Below are positions 18,682 to 28,142 of a stretch of 64,000 nt of DNA, piece by piece. Source of the DNA: Bacilli bacterium (lineage in GTDB: Bacteria; Bacillota_I; Bacilli_A; RF39; UBA660); NCBI GenBank assembly GCA_017484065.1, contig JAFUTX010000031.1, positions 98,581 through 162,580 of the forward strand, in the 5' to 3' direction. The translations under genes were made by a program, and so were the position numbers. Under the pieces are notes generated by a model, which was not told the DNA's origin, ran no database searches, and saw only the letters and a program-made list of their open reading frames with translations. How positions within the stretch are numbered: position 1 is the stretch's first letter; each line of letters begins with the position of its first letter.

Positions 18682-19695
18682 ATGAATATACTAGTAACAA
18701 ATAAACATAGTATGGAATTAACTAATCTGAATATTGATACTATTCAAGCTATTAATGGTGAATTTAGTATAGATGATTTAGTTAATCAATTTAGTAATTT
18801 TGTATTTAATAAAATGATTATTGATATAACTGCAATAAAAGATTATCAAAATATTAATACTATTCAACAATTATCAACTAAGTTTGATATGAGTAGGGTA
18901 ATATTATTATTAGACGATAGTATTACATCAGATATTTATTTATCAGAGTTAGTAGCATTCGGTATATATAATTTTACTAAAGATATAAATCAAATTAATT
19001 ATTTAATTGAACATACTAATTCTTATGATGAAGTTAAACAGTATCATAAGCAAGATATAGTAACTAGTAATAATGTTGAAAATAGAGAAAATGTTAATAA
19101 CTCACCAGTTACTAACACTGTAAGTGAAGGTTTAAAAATACTAGGTGTAAAAAATGTAACTCCTCATGCTGGAGCTACTACACTGGTATACATGTTAAAG
19201 AAACAATTAGAAGCATATTATAAAGTAGTAGCAGTAGAAGTTGACAATAAGGATTTTCTATATTTAAATGATCCTACTTTAAAGAATACAACTTCTCTAG
19301 ATTTACCAGCATTTATTGCTACAAACAGAGATGTAGAAGTAATATTAGTTGATTTAAATGATAAAGCATCTACAAATTCTTGTACTGATGTAATATATTT
19401 AATTGAACCAGGACTAATTAAACTAAATAAGTTAATTGGTAAAGATAAAAACGCTTTTGAAAGAATTAAAAATAATAAGCTAGTTCTAAATAAAAGTGTA
19501 TTAACTGATGCTGATAAATACGATTTTGAATATGAAAGTAAAACTAAAATATTCTATAATATTCCATATTTAGATGATAAAAAGAGTTATCATCCAGAAT
19601 TAGATGAATTTTTAGCTAATTTAGGCTTTAGTAAAATAAAACAAGGTGAAAAAAAGAAAAAAGGGTCATTCTTTGATCTATTTAAAAAATCTTGA
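18682..19695 (+). CDS. TadZ/CpaE-like protein: receiver-like N-domain + ParA/MinD-like domain with degenerate Walker A
   Basis: N-terminal REC-like fold pattern; GVKNVTPHAGATT in place of GGVGKTT; 337 aa. Confidence 0.45.
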   Translation: MNILVTNKHSMELTNLNIDTIQAINGEFSIDDLVNQFSNFVFNKMIIDITAIKDYQNINTIQQLSTKFDMSRVILLLDDSITSDIYLSELVAFGIYNFTKDINQINYLIEHTNSYDEVKQYHKQDIVTSNNVENRENVNNSPVTNTVSEGLKILGVKNVTPHAGATTLVYMLKKQLEAYYKVVAVEVDNKDFLYLNDPTLKNTTSLDLPAFIATNRDVEVILVDLNDKASTNSCTDVIYLIEPGLIKLNKLIGKDKNAFERIKNNKLVLNKSVLTDADKYDFEYESKTKIFYNIPYLDDKKSYHPELDEFLANLGFSKIKQGEKKKKGSFFDLFKKS

Positions 19696-19748
19696 CATAG
19701 ATATTAATGTTTAATATAATTAAAGAGTAAAGAAAGAGGTGTTTATTA

Positions 19749-20096
19749 ATGACTGAAACAGCTGAATTATGTAATAATGCCGCTCCATTTTTGAAAATTA
19801 TAGGTGTTGTATTATTAGTTGTAAAAATTGCAGTACCTATTATTCTTTTATTAACAGGTGCTATAGCTTATGGATCAGCAGTTATCTCAAACGATGAAAA
19901 AGCAATGAAAGGTGCTACTAGTAAATTAATTAGTAAAATTATTGCAGCAATAGTAATATTCTTATTACCTTATTTATTAAATACACTATTTAATTTAATT
20001 GATGATTATGCTCAATTAGGTAAAAGTTATAAGGCTTGCTGGAATTGTGTATTAAAACCTGACACTTGCCCAAAAACTGAAACTGTAAGTAACTAA
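19749..20096 (+). CDS. small 2-TM protein with C-terminal Cys motif (paralog 1 of 3)
   Basis: 115 aa; shared IxFxLP(T/Y) TM2 motif; tail CWNCVLKPDTCP. Confidence 0.4.
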   Translation: MTETAELCNNAAPFLKIIGVVLLVVKIAVPIILLLTGAIAYGSAVISNDEKAMKGATSKLISKIIAAIVIFLLPYLLNTLFNLIDDYAQLGKSYKACWNCVLKPDTCPKTETVSN

Positions 20097-20204
20097 AAGG
20101 AATAATTAGAATATGTCTATAAATAGACATGTTTTTTTATTTATTATCTTATTGCTAAGAAACTAATGCTTATGTTATAATAATCATGAAAGTAAGTGAT
20201 TTAA

Positions 20205-20636
20205 ATGTTAATTCTTGCCGAATTTTGTGAAGGTGGAGTTCTAAAAGTATTTAGAGCTACTGGTTATATATTATTAATTATAAAAATTATAATACCAATT
20301 GTATTATTAGTTATGGGTATAGTCGATTTATTTCAGGCTATATTTGGCACAGATCCTAAGGCATTAAATACATCAATTCATGCATTTATTCAAAGAATAA
20401 TTGCGGGAGTTATAGTATTTTTTGTTCCAACATTTCTTCATATAGTATTATGGTTATTAAGTGAAGCAGGAACTGCCGATGGCAATAAATTTGTTGGAGA
20501 AAATTTTCCTGTATGTAATGAATGTTTATATCGTCCAAGTGGTACAGATTGTAATAGTCATGTTGACAGCACTAAAGACTGGATGGAAAATGTTGAAGAT
20601 AAGATTGATGAATTAGATAAAAAAGCTGGTGATTAA
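20205..20636 (+). CDS. small 2-TM protein with C-terminal Cys motif (paralog 2)
   Basis: 143 aa; tail CNECLYRPSGTDCNSH. Confidence 0.4.
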   Translation: MLILAEFCEGGVLKVFRATGYILLIIKIIIPIVLLVMGIVDLFQAIFGTDPKALNTSIHAFIQRIIAGVIVFFVPTFLHIVLWLLSEAGTADGNKFVGENFPVCNECLYRPSGTDCNSHVDSTKDWMENVEDKIDELDKKAGD

Positions 20637-21017
20637 ATGAAAAAAAATAAATTAGAAATAATCATTATTATAATATTAACTTTTTTTGTTGGATTTTTTA
20701 TTAATCCAACAAATACATTAGCTGCGCAATGTGTTGATATTATAGGTAATCCTGAATCAGAGGGGACATTTGGTTATTATTTACAATTAATATTTAATAT
20801 TATGAAATATGCTGCTATTATATTATTTGCTGTTTTTTCGGTTAAAGATTTCTTTACTGCAATAATTAACCAAGATCAAAAAGGAGTAAAAAAAGCGTTT
20901 CCAGTTTTTACTAAAAGAGCAGTTTCAGTAGTTATCATATTTTTGCTACCAACTATAGTAAAATTTGTTATTTCAATCTTTGGAAAATTACAAGATCCAA
21001 CTTGTAATATATTCTAG
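20637..21017 (+). CDS. small signal-peptide 2-TM protein (paralog 3)
   Basis: 126 aa; N-terminal signal peptide ending AAQC; tail DPTCNIF. Confidence 0.4.
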   Translation: MKKNKLEIIIIIILTFFVGFFINPTNTLAAQCVDIIGNPESEGTFGYYLQLIFNIMKYAAIILFAVFSVKDFFTAIINQDQKGVKKAFPVFTKRAVSVVIIFLLPTIVKFVISIFGKLQDPTCNIF

Positions 21018-21043
21018 AATCACAATAAAGTTGTGATTTTTTC
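21018..21043 (+). terminator. rho-independent terminator (AATCACAA-TAAAG-TTGTGATT-TTTT)
   Basis: perfect 8-bp stem plus T-tract immediately after the third small gene. Confidence 0.7.
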
Positions 21044-21063
21044 TTTGGGGTGTAGACAACTGA

Positions 21064-21092
21064 TTTACATTTTGATACAATTTAACTATAGT
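21064..21092 (+). promoter_or_regulatory. promoter for tagA-like gene (TTTACA-17-TATAGT)
   Basis: read directly; 16 nt before ATG region. Confidence 0.45.
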
Positions 21093-21108
21093 AGAAAGAA
21101 GAAGCGAT

Positions 21109-21804
21109 ATGAAAGACTATATTAAAGATATTCCTGTTGATAATAAATCATATGAAGATATATTATTAGAAATTAAAGATGCTATTAAGAATAATCAAAA
21201 ATATACAATTTTTAGTATTAATCCTAAAAAAATAATGCATTCAATGCAAGATGAAAAACTAAAAAAGGGATTAATTAATGCTAGTGCTCATATACCTGAT
21301 GGTATGTTGGTTGTAAAAAAATGTAAATATATTAATAAACGTGTTACGGGTGTAGACCTAATGAATAAAATCTGTGAAAATTGTCATGATATTAATGGTA
21401 AAATATTTTTTTATGGAGCTAAAAAAGAAGTAGTAGAAAAACTAAATGTAGTTTTAAAAGAAAAATATCCAAATATTACGATAAGTGGTTATATAGATGG
21501 TTATTCTGATAGTGATAAAGTAATAAATGCTATAAATAAGTCTAAAGCTAATATATTATTTGTAGCTATGGGTTCTCCCAAACAAGAATTATGGGTTATT
21601 GACAATATAGATAATCTTAATGTCAATGTAATTATGGGGGTAGGAGGATCTTTTGATGTTTTATCTGGAACTAAGAAAAGAGCACCTAAATTCTTTACTA
21701 AACTTAATTTAGAATGGTTATATAGAATGGTGTGTGAACCAAAAAGAATGAAGGAACTACCGTTATATTTAAAATTTTTATTTACTGTTAAAAGAGATAA
21801 ATGA
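21109..21804 (+). CDS. tagA: WecB/TagA/CpsF family glycosyltransferase (ManNAc transferase-like)
   Basis: 231 aa, FFYGAKKEVVEKL..GSPKQELW pattern of TagA/WecG family. Confidence 0.8.
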   Translation: MKDYIKDIPVDNKSYEDILLEIKDAIKNNQKYTIFSINPKKIMHSMQDEKLKKGLINASAHIPDGMLVVKKCKYINKRVTGVDLMNKICENCHDINGKIFFYGAKKEVVEKLNVVLKEKYPNITISGYIDGYSDSDKVINAINKSKANILFVAMGSPKQELWVIDNIDNLNVNVIMGVGGSFDVLSGTKKRAPKFFTKLNLEWLYRMVCEPKRMKELPLYLKFLFTVKRDK

Positions 21805-21812
21805 GGTAAAAT

Positions 21813-23120
21813 ATGAAATATAAAGTATTATTAATTACTAATGAATATAATGAAGAATTATTAAAAAAACTAAATAGTGATTTTGTAGTAGATTGTCTAA
21901 ATAAAGATATAGTAGAAAATATTGATAAAAATAATATCAAATACTTAGACTATAAAAACTATATAAAGAATTATCAAAGTTTAGATGAGCTAATTGAAGT
22001 ATTAGATAAGTATAGAGATTATTCATTTATTCTTAGTTATAAAGAATTAAAAAATGATAAATATTGTAATGTAAATGATTTTATTAGTGATGATATTAAT
22101 CTTAAAAAATATGAATTAAAGAAACTAAACTTATTAATAGCAGGACATGACCTTAAATTTATTAATGGAATTATTCCGATGCTAAAACAAAGTTTTAATA
22201 TAGAAACTATTGAAAATAGTGATTATTTAGTTATAGATAAGAAAAAATATAAAGAAGCTATAATGAGTTGTGATATAGTATGGTGTGAATGGTTAGTAGA
22301 TAATGCAGTATGGTTTAGTAATAATCTATTATCCCATCAAAGATTAATTATTAGAGCTCATCGTTTTGAACTATTTAAAAATTATGGTTATAAATTAAAT
22401 ATGGATAATGTAGAAAAAATAATAACAGTAGGATATTACTATTATGAAGAATTTATAAAAAAATTTAGTATTCCAAGATGTAAAATGACTATTATTCCAA
22501 ACTTTATTGATACAAAGAAATATACTACTGATAAAGTAAAAGATTATAAGAAGAATATTGCTATTATTGGAACTCTTCCTAAAAGAAAAGGATTTCATCG
22601 AGCTTTAGAAGTACTATTTGAATTAAAAAAATTGGATAAAGATTATAAGTTACATGTATTAGGATTAAACCAAAATGATTTATCAAGTACTAAATTTGAT
22701 AAAGAAGAAGCTAGTTATTATGAACAAATATTAAGAGATATAAAAGTATTTAATCTAGAAGAAGATGTTGTTTTTACAGGATGGGTAGATACTAAGAAGT
22801 ATTTAAAAAATATTGGTTATGTTTTATCAGTTTCAGATAATGAAAAACCAGAGAGTTTTCATTTAACTCCTGCAGAAGGGTTAGTGAGTGGTGCTCTTGC
22901 TTTAGCAACTTATTGGCAAGGTATAGAATATATTTATCCAGATTATATTATAAAGAAAGATGTTAGAGAAATTGTTGATACAATAGTAGAATTAGAAACT
23001 GATGATAAAAAGTATCAAAAGTTAGTTAATGATGGAAGAAACTTTATTATAGATAATTATGATATTGAAGTTGTTTATAAATATTTTATGAATTTATTAG
23101 AGGGTTATTATGAAAGATAA
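21813..23120 (+). CDS. glycosyltransferase, GT-B fold (family 1/4-like) C-terminal domain
   Basis: 435 aa; GTLPKRKG..H..E motifs in C-half; N-half unassigned. Confidence 0.5.
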   Translation: MKYKVLLITNEYNEELLKKLNSDFVVDCLNKDIVENIDKNNIKYLDYKNYIKNYQSLDELIEVLDKYRDYSFILSYKELKNDKYCNVNDFISDDINLKKYELKKLNLLIAGHDLKFINGIIPMLKQSFNIETIENSDYLVIDKKKYKEAIMSCDIVWCEWLVDNAVWFSNNLLSHQRLIIRAHRFELFKNYGYKLNMDNVEKIITVGYYYYEEFIKKFSIPRCKMTIIPNFIDTKKYTTDKVKDYKKNIAIIGTLPKRKGFHRALEVLFELKKLDKDYKLHVLGLNQNDLSSTKFDKEEASYYEQILRDIKVFNLEEDVVFTGWVDTKKYLKNIGYVLSVSDNEKPESFHLTPAEGLVSGALALATYWQGIEYIYPDYIIKKDVREIVDTIVELETDDKKYQKLVNDGRNFIIDNYDIEVVYKYFMNLLEGYYER

Positions 23121-23454
23121 AATTATTAAAACTATTAGAAGTAATAAAATACTATTTAATATAGCTAAGAAAGCAAATAATATAATAGATAAACCAAGTA
23201 AAAATGTATATAAAGATAATTATACTTATTTTGTATATAAGCTTAATAACATTGATGATATTGATTCTATTATAAAAAAATATAATGAAAAAAAACATAA
23301 TAATTCTAGATTAGTTATTATGGTAGATGAAAATAATTATAATTCTATATATAATATAGTGAATAATTATGATGTAAGTATTATTACTCTAAAAGAATTT
23401 AATCTATTAAATAATAGTAATTATAAGTTGGTAGAGCCAAAAATTGTCGATTAA
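23110..23454 (+). CDS. hypothetical protein (114 aa)
   Basis: ORF in operon context only. Confidence 0.3.
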   Translation: MKDKIIKTIRSNKILFNIAKKANNIIDKPSKNVYKDNYTYFVYKLNNIDDIDSIIKKYNEKKHNNSRLVIMVDENNYNSIYNIVNNYDVSIITLKEFNLLNNSNYKLVEPKIVD

Positions 23455-23521
23455 TATTAAACGGCAATTTTTTATTGTTTAAATAATTAATTTATGGTAT
23501 CTTTATAATAGGAGTAAAGTA

Positions 23522-24592
23522 GTGTATATGAAGTATTTAAAAAGTGTTTTTAAACAAGATAATATGATTACTGGATATCTATATTTTTATGTTCATTTTA
23601 TAACAGAAATAGTATGTTTTTTCTATCTTTCGAGAGAGTTAGGAACAACATCACTTTATGTATGGTTAATACCTTTATTATATGACGCATTAGCCTTTGT
23701 ACCTCAATCTTTAATAGGAGCAATAAGCGATAAATATCCTAAAATAAATATTGGATTAGTTGGAGTCTTTTTACTTATTTTAGCTATAGTATTTAAAATA
23801 TTAAGTGTTAATTTATTTATACCTTTAATTATTCTTTGTTTAGGCAATGGTTGTTTACATATTGAAGGTGCTACTACAACATTAACTTCTTCTAAGGGAA
23901 AATTAAGTCATAGTGCTATCTTTGTTGGAGGAGGATCCTTTGGAGTTATTACCGGAAGAATAATGGCTAAAAGTAGTTTAAATATTAGTGTTTTAATCCC
24001 ATTAATACTTACGATGATACCTTTTATATTACTGGCTAGTACTTATAAAAATAGAAATTATTATAATAGTATTTGTAAAGAATTTGATTATCAGAATAAA
24101 CATATTAATTCTAAAGTAATTGTATGGTTAATGTTGTTTGTTGTAATTATAAGAGGGTATATTGGTTATGGTATTCCAACTAGTTGGAATAAAACAACTT
24201 ATCAAGCAGTATTACTTTATTCATTTATGGGAATAGGTAAATGTTTAGGTGGTATTTTATCAGATGCTTTTGGAATTAGAAAAGTAGCAATGCTATCAAC
24301 AATAGTAGCTATCCCATTTTTAATATTTGGTGATAACTATATGACTATCTCATTAATAGGAGTAATGTTTTTTAGCATGACAATGGCTATTACATTAGCT
24401 ATGCTTGTATCTGTTTTAAAAAGAACACCAGGATTAGCTTTTGGGATTACAACAATCGGTTTATTTTTAGGAACACTACCAATTTTCTTTTATAAAGTTA
24501 TAAATAATAATATTAATATTATTTTAATAGTTATTAGTTCATTATTATGTTCTTATATAATGATGAAAGTTATAGATAAGGAGGGTGGTTAG
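23522..24592 (+). CDS. polytopic membrane protein (10-12 TM; transporter- or flippase-like)
   Basis: hydrophobicity pattern only. Confidence 0.4.
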   Translation: MYMKYLKSVFKQDNMITGYLYFYVHFITEIVCFFYLSRELGTTSLYVWLIPLLYDALAFVPQSLIGAISDKYPKINIGLVGVFLLILAIVFKILSVNLFIPLIILCLGNGCLHIEGATTTLTSSKGKLSHSAIFVGGGSFGVITGRIMAKSSLNISVLIPLILTMIPFILLASTYKNRNYYNSICKEFDYQNKHINSKVIVWLMLFVVIIRGYIGYGIPTSWNKTTYQAVLLYSFMGIGKCLGGILSDAFGIRKVAMLSTIVAIPFLIFGDNYMTISLIGVMFFSMTMAITLAMLVSVLKRTPGLAFGITTIGLFLGTLPIFFYKVINNNINIILIVISSLLCSYIMMKVIDKEGG

Positions 24593-24731
24593 TTATTAAA
24601 AAAGTGTTTTTTAAAGAGTATCTTCATCTTCATTTTGTACCATTAATATTATTACTAATTAGTATACTAATATGTCTAATTACAACATTTATTTTAGTAA
24701 AAAAACAAATTGAAAATAGAAGTGATAAAAA

Positions 24732-25076
24732 ATGAATTTAAGATATTTCCCTTTATATATGCTTAAGTTCTTAATTATTACTATAATTATAGAAATTATA
24801 TTTGCTTTTATCCTAGGGTTAAGAAAGAAAGAGTTACTAAATGTAGTGTTAGTTAATATATTAACTAATCCTTTAGTAGTAAGTATAACTGTATATGTAA
24901 ATATAACTTATGGATTATATTATAGAAAAATCACCTTAATTATACTAGAAGTTCTTACTATTATAATAGAAGCATTTATTTATAAAAAATATATAAAAAA
25001 TAAAAATTCTATCAGATTAGCAATACTTTTGAATTTAGCATCATTTTTCGTAGGAGAATTAATTAATTATTTATAA
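24732..25076 (+). CDS. small integral membrane protein
   Basis: 114 aa, 3-4 TM. Confidence 0.3.
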   Translation: MNLRYFPLYMLKFLIITIIIEIIFAFILGLRKKELLNVVLVNILTNPLVVSITVYVNITYGLYYRKITLIILEVLTIIIEAFIYKKYIKNKNSIRLAILLNLASFFVGELINYL

Positions 25077-25091
25077 AAAGGAGTAGAAAAA

Positions 25092-26405
25092 ATGAAAAAA
25101 ATTTATTTATTATTATTAAGTATATTATTAATTATACCGATGAGCGTAAAAGCAGATATGTCAGCTCCATACATTGAACCTTATGAAGCTACTGTATCTA
25201 ATCCAGATGGAGCAATTTATTATAATATGGCTTATTCTGATAAACAATATTTATATAAAGAAGATAAATTAGCTTATGGAAAAAAGATTAAAATAGATTA
25301 TGAAGAAAAAATTAATAATGATTATTATGGTTCATATTTTGATGAGAATAAAAACAGGAATTATTATATTAAGTTAAGTGATATTATTAGAATTAATAAG
25401 AAATATACTTATGATGAAAGTGATTATAAAAAAGCTAAAGATGGTATAGTGCTATATCCAAATGGTATTGTTATGAAAAGTGGACCTAGTGCTGCTTTTG
25501 ATGATGTAGCTGTTGTACCTGGTAATACTAAATTAGAATTAAAGCAAACAAAGGATATTGAGTATAATGATAGTGGATGGTATTTAACTACTTATAAAGG
25601 TAAAACTGGATTTGTTTGTGAATTAGAGGGTGCCATTGGTTATGAATTAGCCGAAGAAAACAATGGGGCTTTATTTACCTCAACTGATTTAGATATAAAG
25701 AATGAAGAAGGAGATACTATTGAAGTTATACCTGCTAATACTTTGATAGAAAAAAATAATAAGAAATATGATTTAGATGCATGGTCAAGAAGTTATTATA
25801 TAGAGTATAATGGAGTAAAAGGCTATATAAGTTATCTAGATTTAGCTTCAGAAAATCTAGGAAAGCTTAACGTTCTTTATGATAATATCAAGTTATATGA
25901 AAAAGGAGTAGATACTTCTAAGGTCCTTGTTAAGAGTTTACCTAAGAATGAAGAATTAGATGCTTATTATTCTAGTTGTGATTGGGGTAGTTGTATATAT
26001 TATGTTAAATACAAAGATAATTATGGCTGGATTTTAAAAACTTATATTGATGATGAAACAGAAACTGTAGAATTTAAAGAATCTGGTGATGTTAAGCCTT
26101 TAATTAAAAAAGAAGAAAATAAAAAAGAAGAAAAAGAAGATTCAAATGAAGAAGAAGTTATTGAAGTTAATACACTTACTAATAGAGAAATAGTTATCTA
26201 TTCAGTAGGGGGAGCTATTATCTTAGCTTTAACAATGATAGTTATTATTATGCTAGTTAATAAGAAAAAAAATAGTAAAGTAAATAATAATTATATTAAA
26301 GATGAAAGTAATCATATCGAAGAAGATTTGAAAGAATCAAGTGTTATAGAAGATCAAGATGATGATAATAATGATAATACAGAAGAAGATGATGGTACAA
26401 TGTAG
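25092..26405 (+). CDS. secreted protein with repeated SH3b-like modules, C-terminal TM anchor and acidic tail
   Basis: signal peptide, repeated GW/GY-containing ~70-aa modules, TM VIYSVGGAIILALTMIVIIML, D/E-rich tail. Confidence 0.45.
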   Translation: MKKIYLLLLSILLIIPMSVKADMSAPYIEPYEATVSNPDGAIYYNMAYSDKQYLYKEDKLAYGKKIKIDYEEKINNDYYGSYFDENKNRNYYIKLSDIIRINKKYTYDESDYKKAKDGIVLYPNGIVMKSGPSAAFDDVAVVPGNTKLELKQTKDIEYNDSGWYLTTYKGKTGFVCELEGAIGYELAEENNGALFTSTDLDIKNEEGDTIEVIPANTLIEKNNKKYDLDAWSRSYYIEYNGVKGYISYLDLASENLGKLNVLYDNIKLYEKGVDTSKVLVKSLPKNEELDAYYSSCDWGSCIYYVKYKDNYGWILKTYIDDETETVEFKESGDVKPLIKKEENKKEEKEDSNEEEVIEVNTLTNREIVIYSVGGAIILALTMIVIIMLVNKKKNSKVNNNYIKDESNHIEEDLKESSVIEDQDDDNNDNTEEDDGTM

Positions 26406-26428
26406 ATTTTTGTCTACATTTTTTTATA
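26401..26428 (+). terminator. hairpin + T-tract after SH3b gene
   Basis: GTAGA-TTTTTG-TCTAC then TTTTTTT. Confidence 0.5.
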
Positions 26429-26605
26429 TTATGTAATAAGTTTAAAAGTTGTGGCATTGCTACAAATTTTTTTAATGTTGTTTACATAATATTCATTATT
26501 TAAAGGATAATAATAATTAGTTAAAAGTGTTAAAAAATGTCAAAATGTTTGGTAAAGATTAAGATGTATGATATAATAGTAACGAGTAAAGATGGAGGAT
26601 ATAAA

Positions 26606-27343
26606 GTGAAGAAAGAAAAAAATGCTATAGAAGTTGTTAATATGTCAAAGAATTTTAAACTTCATTATGATAAACCTACAACTTTAAAAGAAAGATTAGT
26701 TTTTTGGAATAATAAAAAAAGTGAAGAACGAACTGTTCTAAAAAATATAAATTTAGAAATAAAAAAAGGTGAAACTGTTGCGTTAATTGGTGTTAATGGT
26801 AGCGGTAAATCTACATTATTAAAACTAATGACTAAAATAATATATCCAACTAAAGGAAATATTGAAGTTAATGGTAAACTTACTTCCTTACTTGAATTAG
26901 GAGCAGGTTTTCATCCGGATTTTACAGGAAGAGAAAACATTTATTTTAATGCATCAATATTTGGGTTAACTAGAGCGGAAATAGAAAAAAGAGTAGATGA
27001 TATAATTGAATTTTCTGAACTAGGAGAATTTATCGATAATCCAGTTAGAACATATTCATCTGGTATGTATATGAGATTAGCATTTAGTGTTGCTATTAAC
27101 GTTGATGCTGAAATATTACTTATTGATGAAATTCTTGCAGTAGGTGATCAACATTTTCAAGATAAGTGTTTTAAAAAATTAGAAGAGTTAAAGAATAGTG
27201 AAAAAACAATAGTAATTGTCTCTCATAGTTTAGGGTCTATTGAAAAATTATGTGACAGAGCTATTTGGATTTATAATGGTGAAGTCTATCGTGATGGTAA
27301 TTCTTCCGAAGTTATAAAAGAATATTTAGAGACTTGTAAGTAG
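26606..27343 (+). CDS. tagH: teichoic acid/polysaccharide export ABC transporter ATP-binding protein (TagH-like); GTG start with GGAGGA RBS preferred over ORF-track ATG 26537
   Basis: Walker A GVNGSGKST, signature SSGMYMRLAFS, Walker B ILLIDE. Confidence 0.85.
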   Translation: MKKEKNAIEVVNMSKNFKLHYDKPTTLKERLVFWNNKKSEERTVLKNINLEIKKGETVALIGVNGSGKSTLLKLMTKIIYPTKGNIEVNGKLTSLLELGAGFHPDFTGRENIYFNASIFGLTRAEIEKRVDDIIEFSELGEFIDNPVRTYSSGMYMRLAFSVAINVDAEILLIDEILAVGDQHFQDKCFKKLEELKNSEKTIVIVSHSLGSIEKLCDRAIWIYNGEVYRDGNSSEVIKEYLETCK

Positions 27344-27351
27344 GTGATATA

Positions 27352-28131
27352 ATGAGTTTTTTTAAAGAATTATATAATTATAGAGAACTATTAAAATCTA
27401 ATGTAAAAAAAGATATTAGAGGTAAATATAAAGGTTCCTTTTTAGGAATATTATGGTCATTTGTAAATCCACTTTTGATGACGCTTGTATATGCTATGGT
27501 GTTTCCATTCTTGATGCGAAGTGCAAACTATGAGCATTATACAACTTTTGTTGTAATAGGTGTACTTGCATGGAACTGGTTTACAACTAGTATTGCTCAA
27601 GGCACATATACAGTATTAGGTAATGCAGGTATTATAAAAAAAGTTTATTTTCCTAGAGAAATATTACCAATATCAGTAGTAACAAGTGGCTTAGTTAATT
27701 ACCTTATTTCTTGTATAATAATTGCTATATTTTTAATAGCGAGTGGTATAGGATTTTCGAAATATTTATTGTTTTTACCATTAATAGTAATTACTCAGTA
27801 TTTATTAACATTAGGAATTGTTTTTATTACTAGTGCAATAAATGTATATGTTAGAGATTTTGAATATATAGTTAACTTTATAATTCAAATGATGTTTTAT
27901 GCAACACCAATACTATATTCAATGGATATATTTAAAGGAAGCAAAATTGCTGATATTATAAAACTTAATCCTATGGCAACTATAATGAATAGTTATAAAG
28001 ATATAATGTATTGGCAACAAGCACCTATGTGGGGAAATTTATTAATAATCTTAGGATTTAGTATTATGCTTTGTATATTAGGTAGATTATTCTTTAAAAA
28101 ATTAGCAAAAGGATTTGCAGAAGAAGTTTAG
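27352..28131 (+). CDS. tagG: ABC-2 type polysaccharide/teichoic acid export permease (TagG-like)
   Basis: 259 aa, 6 TM, ABC-2 pattern; adjacent to tagH. Confidence 0.85.
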   Translation: MSFFKELYNYRELLKSNVKKDIRGKYKGSFLGILWSFVNPLLMTLVYAMVFPFLMRSANYEHYTTFVVIGVLAWNWFTTSIAQGTYTVLGNAGIIKKVYFPREILPISVVTSGLVNYLISCIIIAIFLIASGIGFSKYLLFLPLIVITQYLLTLGIVFITSAINVYVRDFEYIVNFIIQMMFYATPILYSMDIFKGSKIADIIKLNPMATIMNSYKDIMYWQQAPMWGNLLIILGFSIMLCILGRLFFKKLAKGFAEEV

Positions 28132-28142
28132 TAGAGGTTAAT

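Noticed and set aside
8417-21017. Possibility that the Tad-like block is a conjugative element or prophage
   Set aside because: No integrase, relaxase, VirB4/VirD4, replication or phage structural genes; flanks are housekeeping genes; interpreted as chromosomal Tad-like locus.
22395-22598. 67-aa minus-strand ORF within GT1 gene
   Set aside because: Antisense AT-rich translation; spurious.
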